Source of the DNA: Candidatus Woesearchaeota archaeon
GTDB lineage: Archaea > Nanobdellota > Nanobdellia > Pacearchaeales > GW2011-AR1
Length of the DNA stretch: 64,000 bases
Assembly (NCBI GenBank): GCA_964437555.1
Contig: CAYTHI010000003.1
Location: 782 to 64,781 of the forward strand
Reading direction: 5' to 3'
The number at the start of each line of letters is the position of its first letter. The stretch's first letter is position 1. The notes under the pieces were generated by a model. The model did not search any database. It was not told the origin of the DNA and saw nothing but the letters and a program-made list of their open reading frames with translations. Shown here piece by piece: positions 27,146 through 36,389 of the stretch. The position numbers and the translations under genes were made by a program.

Positions 27146-27415
27146 GTGTCAGTAATGAATGCAGTCATGGTTAACGGAATTGAGAGGCCTCTTGATTTGC
27201 TTAATGTATCTAAGGGCAAAGAGGTTTTAGTGCAGTTGAAGAATGATAAACAGGTTGTCGGAACTTTAATGGCTTTTGATATCCATATAAATATTGTCCT
27301 GGATAATGCAAAGGAAATGCATTCAGGGGAAGTGAAGAAGAATCTTGGCCTTACATTCTTGAGAGGAGATACAATAATCTTAATTTCGCCCGCATCTACA
27401 AGTTTGAATAAATAA
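27146..27415 (+). CDS. archaeal Sm-like protein (LSm/SmAP)
   Basis: RPLDLLNVSKGKEVLVQLKNDKQVVGTLMAFDIHINIVLDNAKE...FLRGDTIILI shows Sm1/Sm2 motifs. Confidence 0.85.
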   Translation: MSVMNAVMVNGIERPLDLLNVSKGKEVLVQLKNDKQVVGTLMAFDIHINIVLDNAKEMHSGEVKKNLGLTFLRGDTIILISPASTSLNK

Positions 27416-27517
27416 TAATCAGCTCTCGTATAATAAAATTGCCAATAATGATAAGCTTAACATGATTGTTGATAATAGGATAATAATTCTGGATTAATCA
27501 GTAAATAGGAACTCTTT

Positions 27518-28411
27518 TTAGATTATAATCTCATCAAAGTCATTGGCAATTTTTGTGTTTTTGAATATCTTTTTTGCTTCTTTTTCTAATTCTGAGATAT
27601 TTTTCTCATATCTCTGGGATATGTGAGTTAAAATCAGCTGTTTTACTTTTGCTTTCCTGGCAATTGCTGCGGCTTGTTTTGCAGTTAAATGCCTGAATTC
27701 TTTTGCCTTTTCTTTTTCACTTTCAGAATATGATGCCTCACAGATAAGGATGTCTGAATTTTTTGCTATATTAATCAGGCTTAAGCTGTATCCCGTATCA
27801 AGTATTATTGCAATCTTTTTTCCTTTTTTTGTGTAGGAAACACTTTTAGCGCTTATCTTTTTGTCATTTACAATTATGTCCTTTCCTTCTTTTAATTTTC
27901 CAATTATTGGAGAATTCGGCAGTTTTAATTTTTTTAACTTTTTTTTATCCAGCCTGATTTTATCTTTTATTGATATTGAATAAGTATTTGTAGGGATTCC
28001 GTGAATGGCAGGAAAGGCATTTATTTCTATATCTTTATTTTCAAACACTTTCCTGCTTACTTCAGTAATTTCATGCTTTATGCTTCTCTTTCCATATATT
28101 TTCTTAATTGAGGAAAATTTTTCTTTTGACCATTTTGGCCCGTATATTTCCAGCTTTTTTGGATATCCTGACATTTCAAGAGTTTGAAGCAATCCAGGAA
28201 TACCTAAGACATGGTCTCCGTGCCAGTGAGTTATCAACATTTTAGTTAATTTGCAAGGATTTTCATCTGCTAATCTGAATTGTCTTTGGGTGCCTTCACC
28301 GCAATCAACTAATATATGCTCATTGCTTACATCTACGAGTATCGCTGTATGATTTCTTTCTTTAGTAGGTATTGAGTTTGATGTTCCAAGAAACTTTATT
28401 CTTAAGTCCAT
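27518..28411 (-). CDS. rnz: ribonuclease Z (MBL-fold tRNA 3-prime processing endonuclease)
   Basis: ITHWHGDH (HxHxDH) metallo-beta-lactamase motif, ~297 aa, short-form RNase Z architecture. Confidence 0.7.
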   Translation of the reverse strand: MDLRIKFLGTSNSIPTKERNHTAILVDVSNEHILVDCGEGTQRQFRLADENPCKLTKMLITHWHGDHVLGIPGLLQTLEMSGYPKKLEIYGPKWSKEKFSSIKKIYGKRSIKHEITEVSRKVFENKDIEINAFPAIHGIPTNTYSISIKDKIRLDKKKLKKLKLPNSPIIGKLKEGKDIIVNDKKISAKSVSYTKKGKKIAIILDTGYSLSLINIAKNSDILICEASYSESEKEKAKEFRHLTAKQAAAIARKAKVKQLILTHISQRYEKNISELEKEAKKIFKNTKIANDFDEIII

Positions 28412-28481
28412 TTTTAACTAAATCTTTTGTATTTTATATACTTATGTCAATGTATTTAAATCAATTTTCACTCTTTTTTCT

Positions 28482-29138
28482 ATGGCAAAGAGAGCTGTGT
28501 CTTTAATCATGTTGGTTTTATTCGTATCTGGTATGTTTTTTATTTTTTATTCTGAATATGGAAATATCACAGGCAGAGTCTCTGATTCGGATTATAGTTT
28601 TGATGTTATTGTAAATATTCCAGAAAAGACTGATATTCTTAAAGGGGAAAGTTTAGAGTTGCCTGCTAGTGTTATAAATTTAAATGCGGGGGTTTTAAAA
28701 GGATGCATGTTTGATTTTGAGAGTGATTTCCCCGGAACTATTTCAACAGAACAGAAGGAAATCATATATTCTTTGGAGAAACAGAATTATAATTTTGATA
28801 TCAATGCAGTATCTACTGCGTTCTTGGGAAGTTATTTAGTTCATTATACTTTTTCGTGTGAAAGCGGGCTTGAAAATGGTATTTTTTATATAAATTTATT
28901 AGATTCTAAGTCTGAATCTGGTCTAATCGGCTCTAATAAGAAGATGGAAAGCAGGATTACCGGATTTTCTGTTTTTGATAAAAGCACAAAGATTACTTCT
29001 TTGTTCGTAGTTTTAATCTCGCTGATAGTAATCTTCATTGCTTTGAAGTCTATTATAAAGAGAGAAAATGCTCATAATTATTTTTCTTCCAGAAAGTTCA
29101 TTAAATTGAATCTGGAAGATAGTCAGGGCAATCTTTAA
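28482..29138 (+). CDS. membrane-anchored extracellular protein, hypothetical
   Basis: N-terminal TM segment and a C-terminal TM near the end. Confidence 0.45.
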   Translation: MAKRAVSLIMLVLFVSGMFFIFYSEYGNITGRVSDSDYSFDVIVNIPEKTDILKGESLELPASVINLNAGVLKGCMFDFESDFPGTISTEQKEIIYSLEKQNYNFDINAVSTAFLGSYLVHYTFSCESGLENGIFYINLLDSKSESGLIGSNKKMESRITGFSVFDKSTKITSLFVVLISLIVIFIALKSIIKRENAHNYFSSRKFIKLNLEDSQGNL

Positions 29139-29165
29139 ATAGGTTTTTTTGACTTTCTTTGTGAT

Positions 29166-29253
29166 GCTCCCGTAGCTCAGCCTGGATAGAGCATCGGACT
29201 TCTAATAAGAAGAAGGAATCCGGGGGTCGCAGGTTCAAATCCTGTCGGGAGCG
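29166..29253 (+). tRNA. tRNA-Arg (anticodon UCU) with ~13-nt intron
   Basis: Manual fold: acceptor GCTCCCG/CGGGAGC, D arm GCTC...GAGC, anticodon stem TCGGA/TCCGG with loop CTTCTAA and inserted TAAGAAGAAGGAA, T arm GCAGG-TTCAAAT-CCTGT. Confidence 0.8.
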
Positions 29254-29297
29254 TTTTATTTAAGTAGATTTATATACCCTTATCAATAGAAATTTTT

Positions 29298-29735
29298 ATG
29301 GAGATATTATTTGTTTGCAGAGCGAATGTAGGGAGAAGCCAGATGGCTGCTGGTTTATTTAATAAGTATTCTAAAACACATCACGCTGATAGTGTGGGGT
29401 TTCAGGTTGATGGTTATTACGGACAGACAGGACAAATTCTTAAAGATTTTGCGGGCTTTAAAAGTCATGCAGATAATGTTATGAAGGTTATGTAAGAGGA
29501 GAACGTTGATGTTAGCATGAGCCAGAGAACGCAGCTAACGGAGCCGATGGTTTCAAGTTATGATAGAGTTGTCGTGTTAGCTCATAGAGCTGAATCTCCT
29601 GTTTATCTAACTAACAATCCTAAAGTTATCTTTTGGGAGATGAACGATCCTGCCGGAACGGGTTATGAAAGTCATGTCAAGACACGCGAGGATGTTAAAG
29701 GTCTTGTTAAAAAATTGATAGATGAATTAGAGTAG
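29298..29735 (+). pseudogene. ArsC/LMW protein-tyrosine-phosphatase family gene interrupted by an in-frame TAA (29493-29495)
   Basis: The ORFs 29298..29495 and 29517..29735 are in the same frame. N-part has the P-loop LFVCRANVGRSQMAAG (CX5R, SQMA as in ArsC). C-part has DPAG...REDVKGLV. The single in-frame stop lies mid-domain. Confidence 0.6.
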
Positions 29736-29804
29736 TAATCTATTTTTTCTAAGGCATTTTATTCATATAAACGTTTAAAAGGTCTTTTTATCTTTGTAAA
29801 TTAC

Positions 29805-29877
29805 GCGCACGTGGCACAGCGGCTACTGCAGTTGCCTGCAGAGCAACCTTTCCCAGGTTCGAGTCCTGGCGTGCGCT
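29805..29877 (+). tRNA. tRNA-Cys (anticodon GCA)
   Basis: Manual fold: acceptor GCGCACG/CGTGCGC, anticodon stem GTTGC/GCAAC with loop CTGCAGA, T arm CCAGG-TTCGAGT-CCTGG, discriminator U. Confidence 0.85.
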
Positions 29878-29886
29878 TTTTTTATT

Positions 29887-29948
29887 ATGTCAAGAAATCG
29901 AGGAGACTTCTTGAACATCCAAAAAACTAAACTTAAAGTTTTTTTGAT
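29887..29948 (+). repeat. 62-bp repeat element, copy A (hairpin tcaagaa-loop-ttcttga, then acatccaaaaaactaaacttaaagtttttttgat)
   Basis: Near-identical to 41445..41506. The stem is conserved, but the 11-nt loop is reverse-complemented between copies. Confidence 0.6.
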
Positions 29949-30078
29949 GCTTGCTATCCTGCTTAGCAGGATGTTCAGGAGCAGGATGCCTTTTTAAATT
30001 GCGGAAAAAAATTAGGTTAAGTGAATAAAATTAGCAAAATAGGCAATTCTTTAAATATCTGAATTTCTACTTATCTGA

Positions 30079-31569
30079 ATGGCTGAAGAAAAAAAGACAG
30101 AAGGAATTACTATTGATGAACTTGCTGCGTTTTGCAGGCGCAAAGGGTTTGCTTATCCTTCAGGAGAAATTTATGGCGGACTCTCCGGCTTTTGGGATTT
30201 TGGCCCTCTCGGAACAGAGCTTGCAAGGAATCTAAAAAATGAATGGTGGAAGTTTCACGTCAGGAACAGGGAGGATGTTGAAGGCATTGACGGAAGCATA
30301 ATCACAAATCCTAAAGTATGGGCAGCATCAGGCCATATTGAAAATTTTGTAGATATTGTTGTAATATGCAGGAAATGCAAGTCTAAAAGCAAGATAGACA
30401 AGCACGAGCTTGGAAAAGCAAGGTGTGATAAATGCGGAGGAGAATACGAATCAAAAGGAGAATTTAATCCGATGTTTGTTACTAAAGTAGGAGCGATTAA
30501 AGATGAAGCGGTAAATGCTTATTTAAGGCCAGAGACAGCGCAGTCTATTTTTGTTAATTTCAAAAATGTTTTTGAAAGCACAAGGGCAAAACTGCCTTTT
30601 GGGATTGCGCAGATAGGAAAAGCATTCAGGAATGAGATAGCACCGAGAGAATTTCTTTTTAGAGCAAGAGAGTTTGAGCAGATGGAGATTGAATATTTTA
30701 TCAAGAAAGGCACGAGATGCCCATATATTGATGAAATAGGAAAACTGGAAATTTCTTTTTATTCGGCTGAAATGCAGAAAAAAACTAAAGAGGGAAAGAA
30801 GATGAAGATAATTGATGCATGGAAAAAGAAAATAATAGGAGATTGGCAGGCTTATTGGCTTGCCCAGGAATATTTCTGGTTTTTGATGCTCGGAGCTAAT
30901 CCCGGTAATTTTAGGGCAAGACAGCACACAAAAGATGAAAAAAGCCATTATGCTTTAGATACATGGGATTTGGAATATAATTTTCCTATGGGCTGGAGGG
31001 AATTGCAGGGGTTTTCTAACAGAGGCAATTATGATTTGATGCAACATCAGAAAGCATCTGGAAAGAGCTTTGAAGTTTTTGATGAGGATACTAAGGAAAG
31101 ATTCATTCCTGAAGTTGCATGCGAGCCTTCTTTGGGGGTAGGAAGAGCTTTTTTAGTTTTCCTGCTCGATGCATATGAGCATGATAGGAAAAGGGAGAAT
31201 GTTGTTCTGCACCTGCATCCTAAGCTATCTCCGTACAAGGCAGCTATACTTCCTATTGTTTCTAAAGGAGAGATTGCTGAAGTTGCATATGAAGTATTTA
31301 GAGACCTGAAAGAAGATTTTAATGTCTTATTTGACAAGTCAGGAAGCATCGGCAGGAGATATTCAAGGAATGATGAGATAGGGACGCCGTATTGCATTAC
31401 AATTGATGAAGAGTCTTTGAAGAAAAAGACTGCAACTATTCGTGATAGGGATTCTACAAAGCAGATAAGAGTTAAAATAAATGACTTGAAGAAAGTTATT
31501 GACGAGCTTGTCAGAGATAAAATAGTGTTTGAGGATGCGGGCAAGATAGTCGAGACAAGGGTTAAATAG
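30079..31569 (+). CDS. glyS: glycyl-tRNA synthetase (archaeal/eukaryotic alpha2 type)
   Basis: 496 aa class II aaRS. N-terminus FAYPSGEIYGGLSGFWDFGPLG is typical of alpha2 GlyRS. TATA-like CTTTAAATAT ~27 bp upstream of the ATG. Confidence 0.9.
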   Translation: MAEEKKTEGITIDELAAFCRRKGFAYPSGEIYGGLSGFWDFGPLGTELARNLKNEWWKFHVRNREDVEGIDGSIITNPKVWAASGHIENFVDIVVICRKCKSKSKIDKHELGKARCDKCGGEYESKGEFNPMFVTKVGAIKDEAVNAYLRPETAQSIFVNFKNVFESTRAKLPFGIAQIGKAFRNEIAPREFLFRAREFEQMEIEYFIKKGTRCPYIDEIGKLEISFYSAEMQKKTKEGKKMKIIDAWKKKIIGDWQAYWLAQEYFWFLMLGANPGNFRARQHTKDEKSHYALDTWDLEYNFPMGWRELQGFSNRGNYDLMQHQKASGKSFEVFDEDTKERFIPEVACEPSLGVGRAFLVFLLDAYEHDRKRENVVLHLHPKLSPYKAAILPIVSKGEIAEVAYEVFRDLKEDFNVLFDKSGSIGRRYSRNDEIGTPYCITIDEESLKKKTATIRDRDSTKQIRVKINDLKKVIDELVRDKIVFEDAGKIVETRVK

Positions 31570-31594
31570 ACAGATTTAAAAAATCCTTTCGTTT

Positions 31595-31846
31595 TTGCTT
31601 TACCTGATGAATAGCATATTGTTTTTTCCTTTTTTTGCCATGGCCGGAATTCTTGCGGTTTTAGTGGGAATCCTTATTTTCGCTTTCTGGCTTTGGATGC
31701 TGATTGACTGCATTAAGAGGGGTTTCAGAAAAGATATTGAAAAAGTTATCTGGGTTTTGGTAATAATCTTTGCTACATGGATTGGAGCGCTGGTTTATTT
31801 CTTTGTGATAAGAAACGGCAATACTAAAGGGCTTATGAAAAAATAA
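31595..31846 (+). CDS. small two-TM membrane protein (PLDc_N-like)
   Basis: 83 aa, two hydrophobic helices. WLWMLIDC motif. Confidence 0.4.
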   Translation: MLYLMNSILFFPFFAMAGILAVLVGILIFAFWLWMLIDCIKRGFRKDIEKVIWVLVIIFATWIGALVYFFVIRNGNTKGLMKK

Positions 31847-31906
31847 TCGCATTTTTCACAGAAGATTCAATCTAAAAGTTTAAAAGTTATTAATCTATGA
31901 TTTATC

Positions 31907-32653
31907 GTGATTACTATATGGTTTTATACTCTTACCAGTGTATTTATTGTAAGCCTGATTTCTTTTGTAGGAGTTTTTACTCTGGGAATTTCTTCTGTCC
32001 GCCTTAAAAAGATTTTGATTTATCTGCTGGCATTTTCCGCAGGAGCCTTATTCGGAGACGCTTTTCTTCATATTATTCCTGAATTAGGGAAGGAAGGATT
32101 TACTATTTCCTCTTCTGCATGGATTCTTTCGGGGTTTTTATTATTTTTTGTGATAGAAAAGTTCGTTCACTGGCAGCACTGCCATATGCCTATCACTGAG
32201 AAGCATGTTCATCCATTTGCTTATATTAATTTGGTTGGAGATGGATTCCATAATTTTCTTGATGGACTGATAATTGCAGGAAGCTATATTGTTTCTGTTC
32301 CAATCGGAGTTGCCACAACACTTGCGGTTATTTTTCATGAGATACCGCAGGAAATAGGAGATTTTGGCGTTCTTTTGCATGGGGGATTTTCAAAAGGAAA
32401 AGTACTATTTTTGAATTTTGTATCTGCTCTATTTGCTGTTGTCGGAGCTTTAATTGGATTAATTCTTAGCAGTCGTGTTGAATCTATTTCAGGTATTTTG
32501 CTTCCTATTGCTGCCGGAGGATTTATTTATATTGCCGGAGCTGATTTAATACCGGAATTACATAAGGAAACAGGAGTAAGAAAGGCATTTCTTCAGCTTC
32601 TTTGCCTGCTGATTGGTGTTGGCGTGATGGCCCTGTTGCTATTGCTTGAATAA
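31907..32653 (+). CDS. ZIP-family divalent metal transporter
   Basis: HEIPQEIGDFGVL is the ZIP signature. Multiple TM segments. GTG start. Confidence 0.75.
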   Translation: MITIWFYTLTSVFIVSLISFVGVFTLGISSVRLKKILIYLLAFSAGALFGDAFLHIIPELGKEGFTISSSAWILSGFLLFFVIEKFVHWQHCHMPITEKHVHPFAYINLVGDGFHNFLDGLIIAGSYIVSVPIGVATTLAVIFHEIPQEIGDFGVLLHGGFSKGKVLFLNFVSALFAVVGALIGLILSSRVESISGILLPIAAGGFIYIAGADLIPELHKETGVRKAFLQLLCLLIGVGVMALLLLLE

Positions 32654-32691
32654 GGAAACGCTTATAAGGAATGTTTGTTTTTAGTTAGCTT

Positions 32692-33498
32692 ATGGGAAAG
32701 ATTGTAAGCTTTATTTCATTAAAGGGAGGAGTTGGAAAAACTACTTTGTCTGCTGCACTTGCTGCAGAACTTGCTAATTTTTATGGCAAGAAAGTATTGC
32801 TGATAGACGGGAATTATTCCGCGCCGAATCTTGGAATCCACATGGATATTATCACTCCGGGAAAAACTATTCATGATATTTTGAATGGAACTAAAATTTC
32901 TGCTTCTTTGCATCGCAAGTATAATGTTGATGTTATTCCCGGGAATTTTCTTTTTAACAGGGAGTATAATCCCATGAAATTGAGGGCTAAAATTGGATAT
33001 GCAAGAAAAAATTATGATTTTATTATAATTGATTCTTCTCCTTCGTTAAATGAGGAATTATTATCTGTTGTTTTGGCATCTGATTCCTTGTTTTTAGTAT
33101 CAACTCCGGATTACCCTACTCTTAGCTGTTCTATGAAAGCAGCAAGGCTTGCAAGGCAGAGAGGAGGGAATGTTTCAGGAATGATTGTGAACAGGTTTGT
33201 TGATGGGAATTATCAGATAAGCCTGCAGGAGATTCAGGAATCAACAGGAATTCCTGTTGTTGCGTGGATAAAGGAAGATGCCAATGTGGGAAGAAGCCTT
33301 TTTGAGAGAATTCCAATCAGTCTCTATTCAAGAAGGTCTCATTTTTCCAAGGAAATAAACAAGCTTGCCGCAGCTCTTGCAGGCATTAAAAGAAAGCCAG
33401 GGTTTTTCACAACATTTTTTGACATACCTCTGAAAAAAGAAGAAGTTAACAGGGAAGTTTTAAGGGAGAATTTTTATACCAGTATCTTCAAGGATTAG
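32692..33498 (+). CDS. ParA/MinD-family P-loop ATPase
   Basis: Deviant Walker A SLKGGVGKTT. 268 aa. Confidence 0.75.
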   Translation: MGKIVSFISLKGGVGKTTLSAALAAELANFYGKKVLLIDGNYSAPNLGIHMDIITPGKTIHDILNGTKISASLHRKYNVDVIPGNFLFNREYNPMKLRAKIGYARKNYDFIIIDSSPSLNEELLSVVLASDSLFLVSTPDYPTLSCSMKAARLARQRGGNVSGMIVNRFVDGNYQISLQEIQESTGIPVVAWIKEDANVGRSLFERIPISLYSRRSHFSKEINKLAAALAGIKRKPGFFTTFFDIPLKKEEVNREVLRENFYTSIFKD

Positions 33499-33499
33499 C

Positions 33500-33850
33500 A
33501 TGAAAAATGATTGTGTTTTTTGCAAAATCATTAAGGGCAAGATAAAAAGTGAGAGAATTGATGAAAGCAATAATTTTATTGCAATAAAGGATACAAGACC
33601 CAGAGCAGAAGGGCATACTTTAGTTATCTCGAAAAAGCATTTTGCCACTTTGCTTGATATCCCAAACAATATGGGAAATGAAATGCTTGAATTTACTAAG
33701 AAGGTTGCCGGAAAGCTTTTAGATGAAAAATATGGCGATGGCTTTAATGTTTTAATGAATAATCTTTCAGTTGCAGGGCAGATAGTTATGCATGCTCATC
33801 TGCATATAATTCCGAGAAAAGAAGGCGACGGGCTAAGAGTGCTGGCTTGA
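33500..33850 (+). CDS. HIT-family (histidine triad) hydrolase
   Basis: HAHLHIIPR histidine triad at C-terminus. CVFCKI zinc-binding motif at N-terminus. Confidence 0.85.
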   Translation: MKNDCVFCKIIKGKIKSERIDESNNFIAIKDTRPRAEGHTLVISKKHFATLLDIPNNMGNEMLEFTKKVAGKLLDEKYGDGFNVLMNNLSVAGQIVMHAHLHIIPRKEGDGLRVLA

Positions 33851-33851
33851 A

Positions 33852-33978
33852 TGGCGCTGGGGAGACTCGAACTCCCGACCTCGGCCTTTCTCAAATCTCA
33901 CGATTTGTGAGAAAATCCAATTTCTTACGAAATTGTCTTTCATGAGAGCCGCATTCTAACCAGCTGAACTACAGCGCC
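33852..33978 (-). tRNA. tRNA-Met/Ile2 (anticodon CAU; elongator-type, G1-C72) with ~52-nt intron
   Basis: Manual fold: acceptor GGCGCTG/CAGCGCC, anticodon stem CGGCT/GGCCG with loop CTCATGA, then the intron AAGACAATTTCGTAAGAAATTGGATTTTCTCACAAATCGTGAGATTTGAGAA containing two internal hairpins. T arm GGGAG-TTCGAGT-CTCCC. Confidence 0.8.
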
Positions 33979-34025
33979 CTATACTAATTTAATAAAGAAA
34001 AAGATGGTTTTAAAGGTTTATGGGC

Positions 34026-34250
34026 TTATCTTGAACGCTCTTCTGACTTGACTTCTTTGGGTTTTAGCCCCATTTTTTCGATTCTTCTTATCCTAACCAT
34101 ATAGCCTGCAATCCTGTTTCTTGTCTTTTTGCTGGGCATTGTGTGTTTAAGTATTCTTTTATTGTTTTCAAAATTCTCTGTAAAGGAATTCATATCCTTT
34201 GCGAGCTGTCTTCCTGTTTTCTTGATTAATAAGGATTTTATTCTTCCCAT
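34026..34250 (-). CDS. rps17e: 30S ribosomal protein S17e (eS17)
   Basis: MGRIKSLLIKKTGRQL...NKRI...PSKKTRNRIAGYMVRIRR matches S17e. Confidence 0.85.
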   Translation of the reverse strand: MGRIKSLLIKKTGRQLAKDMNSFTENFENNKRILKHTMPSKKTRNRIAGYMVRIRRIEKMGLKPKEVKSEERSR

Positions 34251-34280
34251 GCGAGAGTTTGCTTTCAGAGGTTTTTAAAT

Positions 34281-35213
34281 TTATGGATTTAACTTTTCAA
34301 ACTTTATCATATTTTTCCATTCTGACAGATATTCAGCTGCCTTTTTGTCCAACTCTCCTGTTGATATTAAAATGGCAGGCATTTTCGCTGTCTGCGCTTT
34401 CTGTACTGCTATTGTCAAATCGTTCTGGCTTATCTTTTTCTTATCCTTGAAAATAAGATAGAATTCCTGCTCTCCGAATTTTAATGCTGTTTTTACCTTT
34501 GCCGTATATTCTTTCTTTTTTGACAGCATTTCTTCTATAACTTGGATATCTTTTGATTTTAGGTATTCCTTTATAGAGTCTGACAAGTCTGGCTGTATTA
34601 GCTTCATTATCTTTTCTTTCTTGCTTTCTTTCTGTTTTTGAGGAGAGTTTAAGATAGGTTCTATTTCTTTTGTCTTTTTAATTTCCAGTTTAATTTCTTT
34701 CAATACCTCTTTCTTACTTTCTCTCCTTTCTTCTGTTTTCTTTTTTATTTCAGGAGAAATAATATCTCTAACGAGCTCTTTTGCCTGCTCTTCTTTTGTC
34801 TGAAAATATCTCCAGAATATTTTTGGAGCATCGTTCACTCTTACTGTTACCGGAATGGCAAAATCTTTTATTTTCCTTAAGGCAACTCTTAGGGAAGGGT
34901 CTAATTCTTCATCATTTAACACAAAGGAATCTTTTAATTTGAAAAAAGCTTCCTTTTCCTTTCCGTTTAGGTAATTTGTGAAATTCTCAAGCATTTTTTC
35001 CTGTCCTATCATATAATATATAGGCGAGCTGCCAACTTTCATATCGCTTAGTTTTAATCTTCTTTCACTTACTAATTCTGAAAGGAAAGCTGAAGTAAAA
35101 AGTGGAGAGATTCCAGCTTCTCTCGCTATTTTTGACGGAAAGCTTGGGCCATTTAACTTTATTATTGAAATTATTTTTTCTTTTGTCTCAAGAACTTTTT
35201 GTAAATCAGGCAT
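34281..35213 (-). CDS. winged-helix protein with long Lys/Glu-rich C-terminal region (TFIIE-beta/RPC34-like?)
   Basis: N-terminal NGPSFPSKIAREAGISPLFTSAFLSELVSERRLKL shows a wH pattern. No Zn ribbon. Function uncertain. Confidence 0.3.
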   Translation of the reverse strand: MPDLQKVLETKEKIISIIKLNGPSFPSKIAREAGISPLFTSAFLSELVSERRLKLSDMKVGSSPIYYMIGQEKMLENFTNYLNGKEKEAFFKLKDSFVLNDEELDPSLRVALRKIKDFAIPVTVRVNDAPKIFWRYFQTKEEQAKELVRDIISPEIKKKTEERRESKKEVLKEIKLEIKKTKEIEPILNSPQKQKESKKEKIMKLIQPDLSDSIKEYLKSKDIQVIEEMLSKKKEYTAKVKTALKFGEQEFYLIFKDKKKISQNDLTIAVQKAQTAKMPAILISTGELDKKAAEYLSEWKNMIKFEKLNP

Positions 35214-35253
35214 AATCCAAAAAGAGTGATGAGTATTATAAATATTGTTATGT

Positions 35254-35766
35254 CTAAGGCCTTATCCAGTCAACTTCAAAATAAGTGACATCGGATTCTT
35301 CGTCAACTATGGCTATCAAGAGCTTTTTCTTTGCAGCATGGGAAACTCTGTTCTTTGCTGCCAAATCATGCCATGAATGAGATTCTGTCTCTTTTACAGG
35401 GAAGACAATCCATTTTGCGTGGTCTTGCCCCGGCTTTATCCCTTTTTCATACACTCTGAATTCAGCTCCAAACTTAAGGGCTGTTTTGACAATGTATCCT
35501 TTTTTTCTTAAATCTAAAAATACAGGAAACTTTATCATCAGCTTTTTATCATGTTTTTTCAGTCTTTTTACCAGTTGATCTTCTGTAATCTTCTTGTTAT
35601 TTGAGAAAATCTCTATTTTATTTTCAAAAAGAAGAAATAGTGCTTCTAATGAAGAATATTCTATCTTATCTCTTCTTCTTTCTCCGAATCTTGATTTTTC
35701 ATATAAAGAAAATGCTTCTCTTGAGTTTGATGCAATTGAGTCTCCTATAAGGCGGGCGATTATCAT
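35254..35766 (-). CDS. endA: tRNA-splicing endonuclease catalytic subunit EndA
   Basis: KKGYIVKTALKFGAEFRVYEKG...HAKWIV...SHAAKKKLLIAIVD is the conserved EndA C-terminal catalytic fold (Y/H/K triad region). Confidence 0.8.
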   Translation of the reverse strand: MIIARLIGDSIASNSREAFSLYEKSRFGERRRDKIEYSSLEALFLLFENKIEIFSNNKKITEDQLVKRLKKHDKKLMIKFPVFLDLRKKGYIVKTALKFGAEFRVYEKGIKPGQDHAKWIVFPVKETESHSWHDLAAKNRVSHAAKKKLLIAIVDEESDVTYFEVDWIRP

Positions 35767-35833
35767 GGCTCTAATAGTGATTATGCATATTTAAGATTGA
35801 CGGGCATAATGCCTTCAGGAGCTTCCCAGAAAT

Positions 35834-36163
35834 TCAGCATTCCATTGAACTGATTCTTTTTGGGTTTTTTATTATGAATCCGTATTTGCCGTAAGAAGAA
35901 TCTGCCAGATGCAGAGATTTGTCCTTCATGAAATCCCGGTCGCTTGCGTATTTTTTTACTTCTGTTATTTCAGCTATCCCTATAATTGCTCCATATGTTA
36001 GATTTTTGATATTAAGCTTGTTTAATGCTTTTTCATCAGGAGATTTTGATGCGTGAATAAGGAATTTTCCCCTGAAATTAGTGTTCCATTTCCTGATTTC
36101 TATCTTCTTTTTTCCCTGAACCAGCAGTTCTGCCCATGGCTGTTTCAATGATAGGGCTTTCAT
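35834..36163 (-). CDS. ASCH-domain protein
   Basis: LSLKQPWAELLVQGKKKIEIRKWNTNFRGKFLIHA is the ASCH N-terminal signature. Confidence 0.75.
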   Translation of the reverse strand: MKALSLKQPWAELLVQGKKKIEIRKWNTNFRGKFLIHASKSPDEKALNKLNIKNLTYGAIIGIAEITEVKKYASDRDFMKDKSLHLADSSYGKYGFIIKNPKRISSMEC

Positions 36164-36245
36164 GGGCTAATAATGCTCATAGAATATTTAAGAATATTGA
36201 ATTGGAAACAGATAATTTTATATAGCTTTTAATTATACTATTTTC

Positions 36246-36389
36246 ATGGAAACCATAACTCTGCCAAGAAAAGAATACGCCGATTTGAAAAGAAAAGCAG
36301 AGCTTGACGAATCTCTGCTGATTAAGCTAATTAGAGGATTAGAAGATATAAAAGAAGGAAGAATAAAACGTTGGAAAGCTAAAAATTAA
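36246..36389 (+). CDS. small (47 aa) antitoxin-like ORF, convergent with relE
   Basis: METITLPRKEYADLKRKAELDESLLIKLIRGLEDIKEGRIKRWKAKN translated manually. Below the ORF-track size cutoff. Confidence 0.3.
   Translation: METITLPRKEYADLKRKAELDESLLIKLIRGLEDIKEGRIKRWKAKN

Noticed and set aside
29493-29495. In-frame TAA in the ArsC/LMW-PTP gene as programmed recoding
   Set aside because: TAA is used as an ordinary stop by many well-defined genes in this window (e.g. alaS, rps8e). No archaeal TAA reassignment is known. A pseudogene or a sequencing error is more parsimonious.
34281-35213. Calling this ORF TFE
   Set aside because: A better TFE candidate with both winged helix and Zn ribbon exists at 44743..45516. 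This ORF lacks cysteines, so it is left as a generic winged-helix protein.
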